A program made the translations under genes and the position numbers. A stretch of 64,000 nt of DNA, from IMG/VR virus record IMGVR_UViG_3300030044_000012; one strand, given 5' to 3'. Below are positions 8,497 through 17,912 of the stretch, piece after piece. The notes beneath the pieces were generated by a model that was not told the origin of the DNA, searched no databases, and worked only from the letters and a program-made list of their open reading frames with translations. This stretch comes from an uncultured virus (IMG/VR IMGVR_UViG_3300030044_000012). Taxonomy: Duplodnaviria > Heunggongvirae > Uroviricota > Caudoviricetes. Within the stretch, counting starts at the first letter, position 1. Each line of letters begins with the position of its first letter.

Positions 8497-9036
8497 TTAC
8501 TCAGTTTTAGTTGGCTTTTTCTTGAACTCAGCCTTGATTTCCGCTACATGGTCATCCAGATTGACCGAGTGTCTTAAGTAAGAGCCAAACTCCTCTGGAA
8601 TCTGCATCCACCCCTGCTTTTTGGGAGTAGTGAAAGCCGCCATAGAGAAGGTAAATTCCTTAGCATACTTTTGAAGAAAGGTAAGGTAACGGGGGTTGTG
8701 GAATCCTACCAGCATTAGGTCAGAACCCGCTGGAATTTCTTTACCCATCATTTTGTGGAGGTACCAAGTAGGCTTATAGTAAACCTTATCCACCCCGGCG
8801 ATTGATGCGATAGGACGCATACGGATAACATTCACATCGAAGCGTTCCAATGCAGCCGTGTATCGCTCTGCTTGCTCATCTTTAGTGGAGCCGTGCAGGA
8901 CTACGGTGTGAAATTCTTCAGTATTATCGTAATAATTCCGCTTGAGATAATTCACTACATCCATCACAAAAAATTGTGTCTGGAACTTGTCACCCGAGCG
9001 AAATAAGTGACTGGCTTCGATTATGAACGTGACCAT
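8497..9036 (-). CDS. Degenerate NYN/LabA (PIN-like fold) protein
   Basis: TFIIEASHLF resembles xFIDGSNL; QAERYTAALERFDVNV; DLMLVGFHNPRYLTFL resembles LVSGDxDFxPL. Catalytic Asp residues are missing. Confidence 0.45.
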   Translation of the reverse strand: MVTFIIEASHLFRSGDKFQTQFFVMDVVNYLKRNYYDNTEEFHTVVLHGSTKDEQAERYTAALERFDVNVIRMRPIASIAGVDKVYYKPTWYLHKMMGKEIPAGSDLMLVGFHNPRYLTFLQKYAKEFTFSMAAFTTPKKQGWMQIPEEFGSYLRHSVNLDDHVAEIKAEFKKKPTKTE

Positions 9037-9100
9037 TTTGGGGCACCTACTGTGGATTTTTCTTCACAGTAAGAACCCTGAAGTTCGTTTGCAGCTTGAC

Positions 9101-9514
9101 TTATTGCCACCAACTCGTATCTTGGTTCATCTTTAACCACATAACGTGGGGATAAGAGGACTCGGTGGGGAGATGGGGACACATAAAGTGTTTCTCGCTG
9201 TGAACCACGACATCCTTACGTTCATAACGCACCGGCCTACGAGTCAGTAACCACTTTGGGGCATACTTTTCTTTGATGAAATCCCATGCGGTAGCCGGGT
9301 ACTCGTACACCGTGACTGTTTCTTTGTCGTCCTTGCGTACATTGGCTAGATAGCTGATAAACGCCATGCTTATGTACCCATCATCCAAGCAAGGATATGT
9401 CTGTACCCGCAGGGTTTGTGCGACCATAGGATAGTCAATGCGGAGTCTTTCAACAACAGCAATTTGGAGTCTGTCGATAAGGACAGACTCCATTTTGGAA
9501 TTCAATATGTCCAT
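9101..9514 (-). CDS. Hypothetical protein
   Basis: Start MDILNSK lies 7 nt after an AGTATTA motif (9522-9528). Confidence 0.65.
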   Translation of the reverse strand: MDILNSKMESVLIDRLQIAVVERLRIDYPMVAQTLRVQTYPCLDDGYISMAFISYLANVRKDDKETVTVYEYPATAWDFIKEKYAPKWLLTRRPVRYERKDVVVHSEKHFMCPHLPTESSYPHVMWLKMNQDTSWWQ

Positions 9515-9528
9515 AGAACAGTAATACT

Positions 9529-10464
9529 CTACCGAGAGCCCAAGCCCAACACAAAATAAAATGCGGTCTTCCACCAAGGCAGAGTCGAGGGCTTGTCAGA
9601 TAGAGGTGCAAAGAATACTGACCTAGCCTTGGCATACTCTTCCTTTGAGGGGGTTACAGGCGGGGTAGCACTTGCTGCGGCCATGACCTTTACTGGCTCT
9701 TCGCTGGTACGAGTGACCTTAATATCAGGCTGGTAATTCCCCTTTTGTGATGTCTTCGGGCTACTACCAATTCGTTGCTCAGGCCAACGGTCCACGTCGG
9801 CGTTGACTGTAGCTGCCTTCATGTAATTGACGTAGATGTCAGGTTGCGGCGTTGGACGGGCTACAGTTGGGGTTGGAGCCGGGGTTTCTCCGGGCTTCCT
9901 GAATCCAACTGTGAATCCACCAATGTCGAGGGGGTTGTCGGTCGCAAGCTGGATGGGGGTTGACTTAACAACGGTGCGGGGAGCGCCCACAGGGGGTGAA
10001 GGAGGCGCTGGTGCGACTGTCGGGCGGGGCTGAAGCGCGATGGGAAGACGATAGAGGGTGGAATGGGGCTTGGAGGCTACAAACGCCTTGGGATTGATGG
10101 CATGGGGTAGCTTGGCACTACGTAGTTCCTGCTCAACGGCCAGAAGTTGACGGTCATTAAGTGTGGTCACCTGAACCCCCCGGACTGAGGTACCCAACCG
10201 CTCCGGGTACCGGCCAGCGGCGATGAACGCAATGGTGGCTGATTTCGAAGTCCGAGTGACTGCCTTGGCTCTCTCGGCATTCTCAGCTTTAACGATGTCG
10301 GTGAAGACTGGCAGTGGTTGTCCGTTCGGCACGGCCATGTAGTCTTGCAGGTCAACGTAGGTCACCTTGTATGGGTAAAACCTAACACGGTCGGGCATGA
10401 CAAAATCCCCCTTCGAGAAGTGGTAAACAGTTTTCTCCGCTACGATGAACGGTATATACATCAT
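9529..10464 (-). CDS. Pro-rich protein with C-terminal hydrophobic tail anchor
   Basis: 311-aa ORF with PAPPSPP linkers, ending WWKTAFYFVLGLGSR. Confidence 0.7.
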   Translation of the reverse strand: MMYIPFIVAEKTVYHFSKGDFVMPDRVRFYPYKVTYVDLQDYMAVPNGQPLPVFTDIVKAENAERAKAVTRTSKSATIAFIAAGRYPERLGTSVRGVQVTTLNDRQLLAVEQELRSAKLPHAINPKAFVASKPHSTLYRLPIALQPRPTVAPAPPSPPVGAPRTVVKSTPIQLATDNPLDIGGFTVGFRKPGETPAPTPTVARPTPQPDIYVNYMKAATVNADVDRWPEQRIGSSPKTSQKGNYQPDIKVTRTSEEPVKVMAAASATPPVTPSKEEYAKARSVFFAPLSDKPSTLPWWKTAFYFVLGLGSR

Positions 10465-10489
10465 ATCCCCTGTATGGTACTCGTGACAA

Positions 10490-10960
10490 CTACTCTTTGA
10501 GAGTTCTCCAAGTAATCCCAGCCTCTTCGAACATGGTTTTGGAGATGGAAATTGAGTTCATCCAGCGTTGTACACGTGGGTCGTTCAAATCAGGTTCAAA
10601 CCCTACAACTTCTTTGATGTGGTTCTGAATCGCAAATTTGGCACACTCGTTGCAAATAGGGGGAAGAGAGAAGGCCGGGTACACGTACAGAGTGGCCCCC
10701 CGAGAGAAGAAGCGACCAGCCTTACTGATAGCGTTAACTTCAGCATGGACAACCATCGAATATTTTAGTTCCCGGTTATTGTACCGCTCCTCGGTGTCCT
10801 CGACGCCCTCAGGGAAGCCATTGTACCCAATGAACTCCTGCCGTAAGTCGTAGTTTACCAGCACAGCCCCTACCTTAGTTGAAGGGTCTTTACTCCACTC
10901 GTTGGCAATATACTTCGCCAACCCGAGGTACTTCCTGTCCCATTTCTCTGTCGGCTGCAT
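10490..10960 (-). CDS. dCMP deaminase
   Basis: SKDPSTKVGAV, GYNGFP, HAEVNAI and PICNEC zinc-deaminase motifs; adjacent to thyX. Confidence 0.93.
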   Translation of the reverse strand: MQPTEKWDRKYLGLAKYIANEWSKDPSTKVGAVLVNYDLRQEFIGYNGFPEGVEDTEERYNNRELKYSMVVHAEVNAISKAGRFFSRGATLYVYPAFSLPPICNECAKFAIQNHIKEVVGFEPDLNDPRVQRWMNSISISKTMFEEAGITWRTLKE

Positions 10961-12001
10961 TTATACCGCCACTGTGAAATCAGGATGATTGGGAACGAAG
11001 TCGGTTACGTATTCGCGGTCGAGGAAGTGCCGGTACGCCTTCCATCCGGTGTACTTGGCATACCGCTTGTCATCGCCAGTTGCTTGACACACATGCTCGA
11101 ATGGGGACGCATGAAGCGGTACATGATAGCGAAGACGGTCATGCAGCTTGATGTCTTCAGAGAAGTCCCGAACACCTTCCTGCGTTAGATAGGACGTACG
11201 AGCACAACGGCCTGTTGAGATTTGAATGACTGCTTTACTCTCGGAATATTCCGAAGCCTCAGCTTTAGTCATAGCCATCTCTCCAGTAACAAGTGGGATG
11301 GTGAGCCACTTCTTAACGTCTTCAGCCTCACCCTCACGAATGTACGGCGTATGCCATTGACCGGGCTTAAGCACCTGAGGCGCGGACTCGAAGTAAAGCT
11401 TTTGAGCCATATATGCCTGAGTTTGAATCTCAGGCTGAGCATCGGGATGGCAACGAAGAGCGAAGTAGTTCGACCATGCATCGGCATCGCCGGTCACACA
11501 AACCGTGATCCAAGCCCAAGTCTCAGTGAGACGATTGGCAATCTGCTTATGAAGGTTGATGCCTTCACCTGTGCCTTGGCATTCATTGCAAGAAACCCAA
11601 AGGGAGGTTAGAGACGCAGCGTCGGCACCTGTAAGGGTGTCCCATCCTTTAGCCCCCTTGCAAACCTGACACTCTTTAGAAGCAAGCTCTCCCGCAATCT
11701 CAACCATCAAATCTCGGGCCTTGAGCCACAATTTTATGGCCTTCTCTTTCTTCCAATCAGCAATCTCTCTGGCGGCTTGCATCCCAGATTGGTTCTCACC
11801 CCAAAACACAGGAATGAATGGGTCTTCCTGTACCCGCTTGACAGTTACCGCGAAAGGGATGGCGCGACTGCTTGAAGCATTGCGAGAGAACGCACAGTGC
11901 GTATTGAACTCGGCATGGATGATGCGAGGGTGCGTTACTTGCATCGTCGTAAGACGCTTGCCGTTACAGATGGAATCGAGGATGACTTTGGCTTCGAACA
12001 A
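10961..12001 (-). CDS. thyX: FAD-dependent thymidylate synthase ThyX/Thy1 (phage type) with zinc-finger insertion
   Basis: HAEFNTHCAFSRNASSSRAIP (ThyX motif variant), HKQIANRL, LRCHPDAQPEI, RCARTSY, HASPFEH. Confidence 0.88.
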   Translation of the reverse strand: MFEAKVILDSICNGKRLTTMQVTHPRIIHAEFNTHCAFSRNASSSRAIPFAVTVKRVQEDPFIPVFWGENQSGMQAAREIADWKKEKAIKLWLKARDLMVEIAGELASKECQVCKGAKGWDTLTGADAASLTSLWVSCNECQGTGEGINLHKQIANRLTETWAWITVCVTGDADAWSNYFALRCHPDAQPEIQTQAYMAQKLYFESAPQVLKPGQWHTPYIREGEAEDVKKWLTIPLVTGEMAMTKAEASEYSESKAVIQISTGRCARTSYLTQEGVRDFSEDIKLHDRLRYHVPLHASPFEHVCQATGDDKRYAKYTGWKAYRHFLDREYVTDFVPNHPDFTVAV

Positions 12002-12012
12002 TTTAACTCTCC

Positions 12013-12056
12013 AAAAATTAAAATCCCCAGTTTAACTTAAGTAGTCAGACTGGGGA
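12013..12056 (-). terminator. Intrinsic terminator after the wHTH gene
   Basis: TCCCCAGT...ACTGGGGA stem followed by TTTTAATTTTT on the minus strand. Confidence 0.7.
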
Positions 12057-12061
12057 CTTGA

Positions 12062-12319
12062 CTAGTTAACCGTGATGGTGCTGGTACGGTTGGAGCCGGT
12101 GCGCGTCTGCCACGAAAGCCAGCCGTTATCCTGAAGGTTACGGAGAGCACGAGCAACAGCGTGACGGCTCAACGTACCGTTGAGACGGTTGCTGATTTCG
12201 GTGGAGGAGGTGTTGAGACGGTTTCCATTGGCATTGGCTTGAACGGTAATCAGGACCGCGAACTCATTCGGGGTTAGCTGACCGTTGATGAAGGCTGTGA
12301 ACGGTGTTGACTGTGGCAT
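12062..12319 (-). CDS. Small winged helix-turn-helix DNA-binding protein
   Basis: LTPNEFAVL...SSTEISNRL...SRHAVARALRNLQDNGWL + wing; SD AAGGAG. Confidence 0.8.
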   Translation of the reverse strand: MPQSTPFTAFINGQLTPNEFAVLITVQANANGNRLNTSSTEISNRLNGTLSRHAVARALRNLQDNGWLSWQTRTGSNRTSTITVN

Positions 12320-12342
12320 AAACTAAGTTCTCCTTAAACTAC

Positions 12343-12359
12343 CATGGTTTAGAACCATG
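12343..12359. promoter_or_regulatory. Palindrome CATGGTT-TAG-AACCATG, candidate operator or leader hairpin of the wHTH gene
   Basis: Perfect 7-bp inverted repeat between the AGTATTA motif (12370-12376) and the SD. Confidence 0.45.
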
Positions 12360-12382
12360 ATTTCTACACTAATACTGTGGTT

Positions 12383-12856
12383 CTACGATACCCGATCCAC
12401 TTTTCTGAATAGGTCGAGTGGGATGTGATACACCCGATCAGGAAGCTCGTCCCGGTCAGTGCGCTTTTGAGCAGAGATGGGAAAAAGACAATCATCGCTG
12501 TCCCAATTTTCAGTTATTTTACTCAAGTTAAGATACCGTGTATCCCCTTTCCAAGAGACCAACAGGAAAGCTTTAACTGCGTCCTGCTCGGCCTGCTGAA
12601 TCAAGGTATCCACCTTCTCTACATCTACGGTATAAGTAGGGTAGAAGTCGTACGAGGTGTTACGGTACTTAGCATCTGACACGGCGTAGTAGGCACCGTT
12701 TCTGAATAACCGGGCATCAATTGGTGCCCGTTCTTCTTCCGCTGTTTCTACAAACTCCAAGTTGAATCGTTCGGTGAATTCTTTTAGAACCGCGTGTTGC
12801 CGTTCGCGGTCGGCCTCTGTTTCATGAATCTTGAATTGATCTGGAAATTCACTCAT
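12383..12856 (-). CDS. PD-(D/E)XK-fold nuclease-like protein
   Basis: E...PIDARL...VSDAKYR spacing typical of the PD-(D/E)xK active site. Confidence 0.6.
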   Translation of the reverse strand: MSEFPDQFKIHETEADRERQHAVLKEFTERFNLEFVETAEEERAPIDARLFRNGAYYAVSDAKYRNTSYDFYPTYTVDVEKVDTLIQQAEQDAVKAFLLVSWKGDTRYLNLSKITENWDSDDCLFPISAQKRTDRDELPDRVYHIPLDLFRKVDRVS

Positions 12857-13860
12857 CGGTCATACTCCTTTTCATTACCAAACCCGGTGCTGCCACCGAG
12901 ACCTTCTTCAGCACGAATCCGGTATCTCATGCTCTTGAGTCGAGCCACCACTTCTTCGTAGGGCTGGTCGAGGCAGAGAACCGCAGCGGTCAATTCACGC
13001 AAGTGAGCAACACTGAATCCCTCTGAATCCTTAACCCACTTTTCCAGTTCCTTTTTCTTGACACCCTTGGCTGTGTGGCTAAGGTAAACCAGACGTGCCT
13101 CAGGACTGGGCATCCCAATCTTGATGCGTTCATCAAAACGGGAGGGGCGATTGACGATCCGGGCTCCCAACCTTTCTGGATAATTGGTGGTAGCCACGTG
13201 GACGATGTTGTCTACTTGGTTCTCCCCATCGAGAAGGGCGAGAAGCTCGTGTTCACCATGACCGGAAATCATCTCATCAATATCTTCCGCGATGCAGACA
13301 ATAGGCCGACTTGGTTCAATTCTGCGAAGAGCGGCAAGACCCTTTGAAGTCAGACCGGGGTTCTCACAAAGAATGACAAGTCCACCTTCATTAAGCAGGT
13401 CGCGGCTTAGCATAGTAACCGTGGCCGTCTTACCCCCACCGGGAGGCCCCCATAGCAATATGCCACGCTTGTAGAGATAGCCATACTCTTGATAACGAGC
13501 ACGACGCTTCCAGAACCTACGCATACCCTCCAACACCCTTTCGTTAGCTGTGTCAGGAAGATTGATAAGGTCGTCGGTGAGTACATTGACCTTATGGAAG
13601 TAGATACCCCATTGGTCTTTGCTGATGGTGTAAACACCTGAGTCCAACTTATCCTGTGTCGGACCGGCTGGGCGGAAGCATTCGTTAGGCTCGACTGTCC
13701 ACTGGCGAAACTCTTCGGTGCGACGGCCTTCGGTGCTATCAGGTGTGACGGCGGTTGTGGCGCACTCATCTTCACTGCAAAGCTCCATTGCGTTTTTGCT
13801 CATATGGCTAGTTCTTTGACCAGCAGCCAATACTGAGTTCAACTCATCATCTTCAGTCAT
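12853..13860 (-). CDS. AAA+ ATPase (classical AAA, BCS1/FtsH-like ATPase domain)
   Basis: KRGILLWGPPGGGKT, IAEDIDE, ATTNYPERL, NRPSRFD (second region of homology). Confidence 0.92.
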   Translation of the reverse strand: MTEDDELNSVLAAGQRTSHMSKNAMELCSEDECATTAVTPDSTEGRRTEEFRQWTVEPNECFRPAGPTQDKLDSGVYTISKDQWGIYFHKVNVLTDDLINLPDTANERVLEGMRRFWKRRARYQEYGYLYKRGILLWGPPGGGKTATVTMLSRDLLNEGGLVILCENPGLTSKGLAALRRIEPSRPIVCIAEDIDEMISGHGEHELLALLDGENQVDNIVHVATTNYPERLGARIVNRPSRFDERIKIGMPSPEARLVYLSHTAKGVKKKELEKWVKDSEGFSVAHLRELTAAVLCLDQPYEEVVARLKSMRYRIRAEEGLGGSTGFGNEKEYDR

Positions 13861-13894
13861 TAAATACCCTCATATCTTCAGTAATACTGAACTT

Positions 13895-14224
13895 TTAACC
13901 GCGTGCTTTGTAGGCATCAAGCAATTCTTGAAGGTGGGCTCCCCGCTCGAAGAACTTGGCAATGTCCTCAATGACTTCCTCCGGGTACTTCTTCTGCTTA
14001 AGAAGGATGTACATAAAACCAAAGTCCCTTATATCCAGCTTGGGGTTGCTATCAAGATAGGCCATGACATGGCTGCGAAATTCTTCCTTGTGGACGGGCC
14101 GCGCATCGACTAACTCCACCGAAGATATGCGTGTTGCCGCCCAAACGTCGATAACAAACTGCAAGGAGATTTTGTATTTTTCGAGGTCGGGGTTACGTTC
14201 AATGAGCAGCTTTTTCTTTGTCAT
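13895..14224 (-). CDS. Hypothetical protein
   Basis: ORF coupled to the Nudix gene (ATGA overlap). Confidence 0.65.
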   Translation of the reverse strand: MTKKKLLIERNPDLEKYKISLQFVIDVWAATRISSVELVDARPVHKEEFRSHVMAYLDSNPKLDIRDFGFMYILLKQKKYPEEVIEDIAKFFERGAHLQELLDAYKARG

Positions 14225-14661
14225 TGGGTAAGGTAGACTTCAGTGACAACAAACGCATGAGCGCACTCTCCCTTGGAGAAGGAACGAGCCATTTGAATGA
14301 GCCAGCGGAGGTTGGGGATAATTTCATCACGCTTGAGTTCCATCACGTAGTCCACATCCCACAACGTGATTTCCTCATCGGTCGTGGTCTCTACCTTGTG
14401 GTAGTCTTCCGCAACAGCATAGAAGAAAGCTACAGTACCCCAAGCCCCATTCAGAGAACAAAAGCGGGTCCACTTCGGGACTTCCTTGCCAGTCTCTTCA
14501 CGAAACTCCCGCACCATGGCATCATGGAAAGTTTCACCTTCCTCAACCTTGCCACCAACGCCGTTGAATCTACCGGCTTGCCATTCGGGGTGCTTCTTCT
14601 CAACGAGAACAAGCTGACCTAAACTTGGACTGAACAAGAACCCTACTACATAATCCTTCAT
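14221..14661 (-). CDS. Nudix hydrolase
   Basis: Nudix box GGKVEEGETFHDAMVREFREETG. Confidence 0.92.
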   Translation of the reverse strand: MKDYVVGFLFSPSLGQLVLVEKKHPEWQAGRFNGVGGKVEEGETFHDAMVREFREETGKEVPKWTRFCSLNGAWGTVAFFYAVAEDYHKVETTTDEEITLWDVDYVMELKRDEIIPNLRWLIQMARSFSKGECAHAFVVTEVYLTQ

Positions 14662-14673
14662 GCCTACCTAATA

Positions 14674-14715
14674 CTTCAGCCAGTCCCTAATTTTCGAGAC
14701 TGGCTGAAGGTTTTT
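14674..14715. terminator. 12-bp hairpin CTTCAGCCAGTC/GACTGGCTGAAG, terminator-like
   Basis: Perfect inverted repeat with a T-tract on the + side; overlaps the AGTATTA motif of the Nudix gene. Confidence 0.55.
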
Positions 14716-14717
14716 AC

Positions 14718-15545
14718 TTAAAGCAACTGCAAAGCTGTACCGCAAACCCCACAGAACTTAAAGGTGGCCTTGTTTACCTTACCACAGGTAGTGCATACCG
14801 GCTTCTGTTGTACAGTAACCGGACGGGCAACGAGCACATTGTTGCCAACCTTACCCACCAACTTAAGTATGATGACGTGAGAGGTGTCTTCGGTAGCGAA
14901 CCACTCGCCCCATCCAAACTTCTGATTGGACTCACTACCAGCAACCGTGATACCCGCCTCGTTCAGGTCGAGGGACTCCTGCTTCATCATCATGTTCATC
15001 TGCTGTGCCTGTACACTACGTGACTGCCCAGAAGGGCCGGATGAGGAGCCCTTAATACGTGCGGAGCGAAGCGTGTTGGCACCGAAGTTGGCTTCGCAAG
15101 TGTTGATGTTTCCTAGAGTCTGCCCCCCTTGAAGACTACCGCAAGTGTTAGTAAAGGTGGTGTAGTATGGATACGAGTTCGTAACCTCGAACTTGTACTC
15201 CACGCGGATAAGACCGTCATCAATACCGATACCACCCTTGTACTCTTCAATCTGGGCCGTGCGTTCAATAAACTTGAGCCGGTTACCCTTGTCGAAATTC
15301 CCGTTGCGGATGAAACGTTCCAGTTCCAATGTTTGGTTGGCACCGATGATGACCCAGCCATCTGCTACATCACTCAAATTCTGTCCGTCAATCGACACAC
15401 GTACAATTGCGCGAACCGAGTTCTGGTTCTTGAGGTAAATGCTGTATTCCGACCCGAACGGGAGGGTTACAACTTCTTTATTTTCACGAAGGATTTTGCT
15501 ACCGACTTTAACGGTAGCGACGAAGTTATGGCTGTATGCCATCAT
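14718..15545 (-). CDS. Beta-rich phage protein with C-terminal zinc ribbon
   Basis: LPFGSEYSIYLKN, VSIDG, GITVAGSESNQ, CTTCG...FCGVCG; SD AAGGAG. Confidence 0.8.
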   Translation of the reverse strand: MMAYSHNFVATVKVGSKILRENKEVVTLPFGSEYSIYLKNQNSVRAIVRVSIDGQNLSDVADGWVIIGANQTLELERFIRNGNFDKGNRLKFIERTAQIEEYKGGIGIDDGLIRVEYKFEVTNSYPYYTTFTNTCGSLQGGQTLGNINTCEANFGANTLRSARIKGSSSGPSGQSRSVQAQQMNMMMKQESLDLNEAGITVAGSESNQKFGWGEWFATEDTSHVIILKLVGKVGNNVLVARPVTVQQKPVCTTCGKVNKATFKFCGVCGTALQLL

Positions 15546-15672
15546 TTATTTCTCCTTGTTATAGGTCACCGACTAAGACCTCAGTTGCTTAAAGTCGGTT
15601 GGATTTGAAGTACAGTATTTGGGTACTGTGCTTCTCTACTTAATACGGAGAAATTGGTGTTTTTGAAATAGC

Positions 15673-15981
15673 TTATTTTTTACGGTTTCTCATCTCTTCG
15701 AGGAATTCTTCCATCTTCCGGGTGGAATCCTCCACTCTCTTGCGTGTGGCATCCACCTCCGACTCCAATGAAGGAGGATTGGGGCCACTCAGGCCATCCA
15801 AAACGAATTCGAAGATGTTGCGACGTGTCGAATCTTGTTGATAGAAAAGGTTAGCCACCCGTTCAGAAGAAACCACACCGATAGGGTTTCCAAGGTTCTT
15901 AAATGTAATCGGTCGGTCGGATTCAAATAGGACGTAGACTACAGCCCCTGCTTGTTTCAGGAATTTGGACGAGAACTTCAT
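15673..15981 (-). CDS. Hypothetical protein
   Basis: ORF track; SD GGGAG. Confidence 0.65.
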   Translation of the reverse strand: MKFSSKFLKQAGAVVYVLFESDRPITFKNLGNPIGVVSSERVANLFYQQDSTRRNIFEFVLDGLSGPNPPSLESEVDATRKRVEDSTRKMEEFLEEMRNRKK

Positions 15982-16022
15982 GTGCTGACTCCCTACAAAG
16001 GTCTTGTAAAGAGGAAATTTTG

Positions 16023-16259
16023 CTAAAGCACATTAACAACAGTGACATCACCCTCATGGGTGACCTCTCCTGAAAGCTCTACCCACGCCCGAGGGTTCTG
16101 CTTTTTACCCGGCTGGAAAACAGTTCTAGCAATCAGCTTGCCTTTATGTCTAATTTCCACGACTTCAGACATATTGCAACTCTTGGAAGTGTGCGCCGAC
16201 CAGACCCGAATGTCTTTCCGCTGCATGTTGATTCGATTAAAATGTACTTTAACTTTCAC
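16023..16259 (-). CDS. Hypothetical protein
   Basis: GTGA overlap with the phosphatase stop. Confidence 0.6.
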   Translation of the reverse strand: MKVKVHFNRINMQRKDIRVWSAHTSKSCNMSEVVEIRHKGKLIARTVFQPGKKQNPRAWVELSGEVTHEGDVTVVNVL

Positions 16260-17014
16260 AAGCGGCCTCGAAGTTCATAACCCATAGGAGTACAAGGGCA
16301 CTTTAGTAAGTGCCGTTCTCGATTATCATCAGCCAAGATTGATTGCCGAACTTCACACTCTGGAGAAGTATGCATCTTAAGTAGGTTGACGTTAACGGTA
16401 TTGTTCAGCTTGTGCTTCGGTGGTGTATAACCATAAGAAGAATCATAAGGCCACACCCTGAGCCACTGTTTGCAGGAGTTTATCACACGTGGGTTGGGGA
16501 GAATAGCGGGACGGCAGAGTTTAACATAGTCCATAATCTTATCCATGTCATCGAGCGGAGGGGTAAACCCCTCGGCACCTATGCCGCTGTAATACAGGAA
16601 GCTGGTAACAATGCTGGGCGACCGACTGAGACCGGCTGCACAATTGACCAAAATTGTCATGTTCTTTTCCCAGCAAAACTTCAAAAACGCCATGCACTCA
16701 GCGAATTTAGCCGGGGGGACTTCATGTCCATCCGGGAAGGGCACACGGAGGTACAGAATGTCAGGGTTTTTGTCGTAGTCATTTTCAGTTGAAACATCCA
16801 GCACTGCTGTGATCCCAAGGGGGTTAGCCTCTGCCAGCTTTACGGTCTGGTAGATGTTGCCAAGGTAAATGGCACCTCGGCCAATTTCACGGAAGTCTAT
16901 AATCTTGCTAATTTCAAGTCGGGCGTACCATTGCATCTCTTCTTCTTCCTCTTCTTGTCCAAGAAAATCATCGTAATCATCGAATTCCTCAGATATACTA
17001 CGAATGTAAACCAT
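16256..17014 (-). CDS. Dual-specificity protein phosphatase
   Basis: IYLGN, GITAVLDV, FPDG general-acid loop, CX5R motif NCAAGLSRS, RPAILPN. Confidence 0.92.
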   Translation of the reverse strand: MVYIRSISEEFDDYDDFLGQEEEEEEMQWYARLEISKIIDFREIGRGAIYLGNIYQTVKLAEANPLGITAVLDVSTENDYDKNPDILYLRVPFPDGHEVPPAKFAECMAFLKFCWEKNMTILVNCAAGLSRSPSIVTSFLYYSGIGAEGFTPPLDDMDKIMDYVKLCRPAILPNPRVINSCKQWLRVWPYDSSYGYTPPKHKLNNTVNVNLLKMHTSPECEVRQSILADDNRERHLLKCPCTPMGYELRGRL

Positions 17015-17037
17015 AGTACCCCCTCTTGTAGTATATA

Positions 17038-17223
17038 CTAGTGAACAGGCAGGTCGGCGAAAGCCATGATGTGAGGTCCATCCTCATCAAGAAAAACCGC
17101 CACGTGCTCCCGGTCGAGAGCGCCGTTAGACTTGATGACCGGACTGATGGATAGAAGCTGGGGCTCCCCCTCTGCACTCAACCGGATAAAAGACTTAGAT
17201 AACAGCGCCAACCCTTCGAGCAT
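17038..17223 (-). CDS. Hypothetical protein
   Basis: TAATG coupling to the upstream gene. Confidence 0.55.
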   Translation of the reverse strand: MLEGLALLSKSFIRLSAEGEPQLLSISPVIKSNGALDREHVAVFLDEDGPHIMAFADLPVH

Positions 17224-17702
17224 TAGAACCCCCGGAACAGACGAAGACGAAGTAAGGTATCAGCGTTAACTGGAGACACCCCATCCAAAAACATATCCTT
17301 AGCTACGTATGCCAGCTTTGGCTTATTCCCTTTGCGAATCTCCTCGGCGGCAAGCTTAAGTACAAGATTCTTAGCTACGGTCGCACCTTTCTCCTTCGAG
17401 AAGTCTCTCCAATTATACAACTTTCTGTTGACTAGAGCTACACGGGCGGCACTGATCAAGTTCTTATCTAAAGTCAACGGAACTTCAAGAGTACCGGCTG
17501 CTCGTTCCCCTGCCTGAAGATCGGAGACGTAAAGTGTAAATTTCCTATTTTGATGCCGTTCCAGAACTATCTGTTCCTGCCGGGAGTTGTCCCAGCGAAC
17601 CTCAAGCGTCTCATCTGGGGAGATGTTGACCATGGAAGGTTCGAGTTCCTGTAAGGAAGGGCACGCCGAAGACAGTTCTTTGTTGACTACAATCTGAACC
17701 AT
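17223..17702 (-). CDS. Hypothetical protein
   Basis: ORF track, operon packing. Confidence 0.65.
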   Translation of the reverse strand: MVQIVVNKELSSACPSLQELEPSMVNISPDETLEVRWDNSRQEQIVLERHQNRKFTLYVSDLQAGERAAGTLEVPLTLDKNLISAARVALVNRKLYNWRDFSKEKGATVAKNLVLKLAAEEIRKGNKPKLAYVAKDMFLDGVSPVNADTLLRLRLFRGF

Positions 17703-17711
17703 TTACTATAC

Positions 17712-17912
17712 CTATGGAATCCATAGTGGTAAAACGGCCACCAGTGGATAGTTAGTGTAAAACAACAGGGCTACAGTGTTGTCGCACTCGGCATGGTCGT
17801 TTACAACATACCCACCAACCTCTTTGTTGTAAAGCCCGACAACGAGGGCTGGAAACACAAGCTGTAGGTTGTCTTTATCACGATGATAGTCTGAAACACA
17901 GATAAACACCAT
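17712..17912 (-). CDS. Hypothetical protein
   Basis: Starts directly after the HD gene stop. Confidence 0.5.
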   Translation of the reverse strand: MVFICVSDYHRDKDNLQLVFPALVVGLYNKEVGGYVVNDHAECDNTVALLFYTNYPLVAVLPLWIP

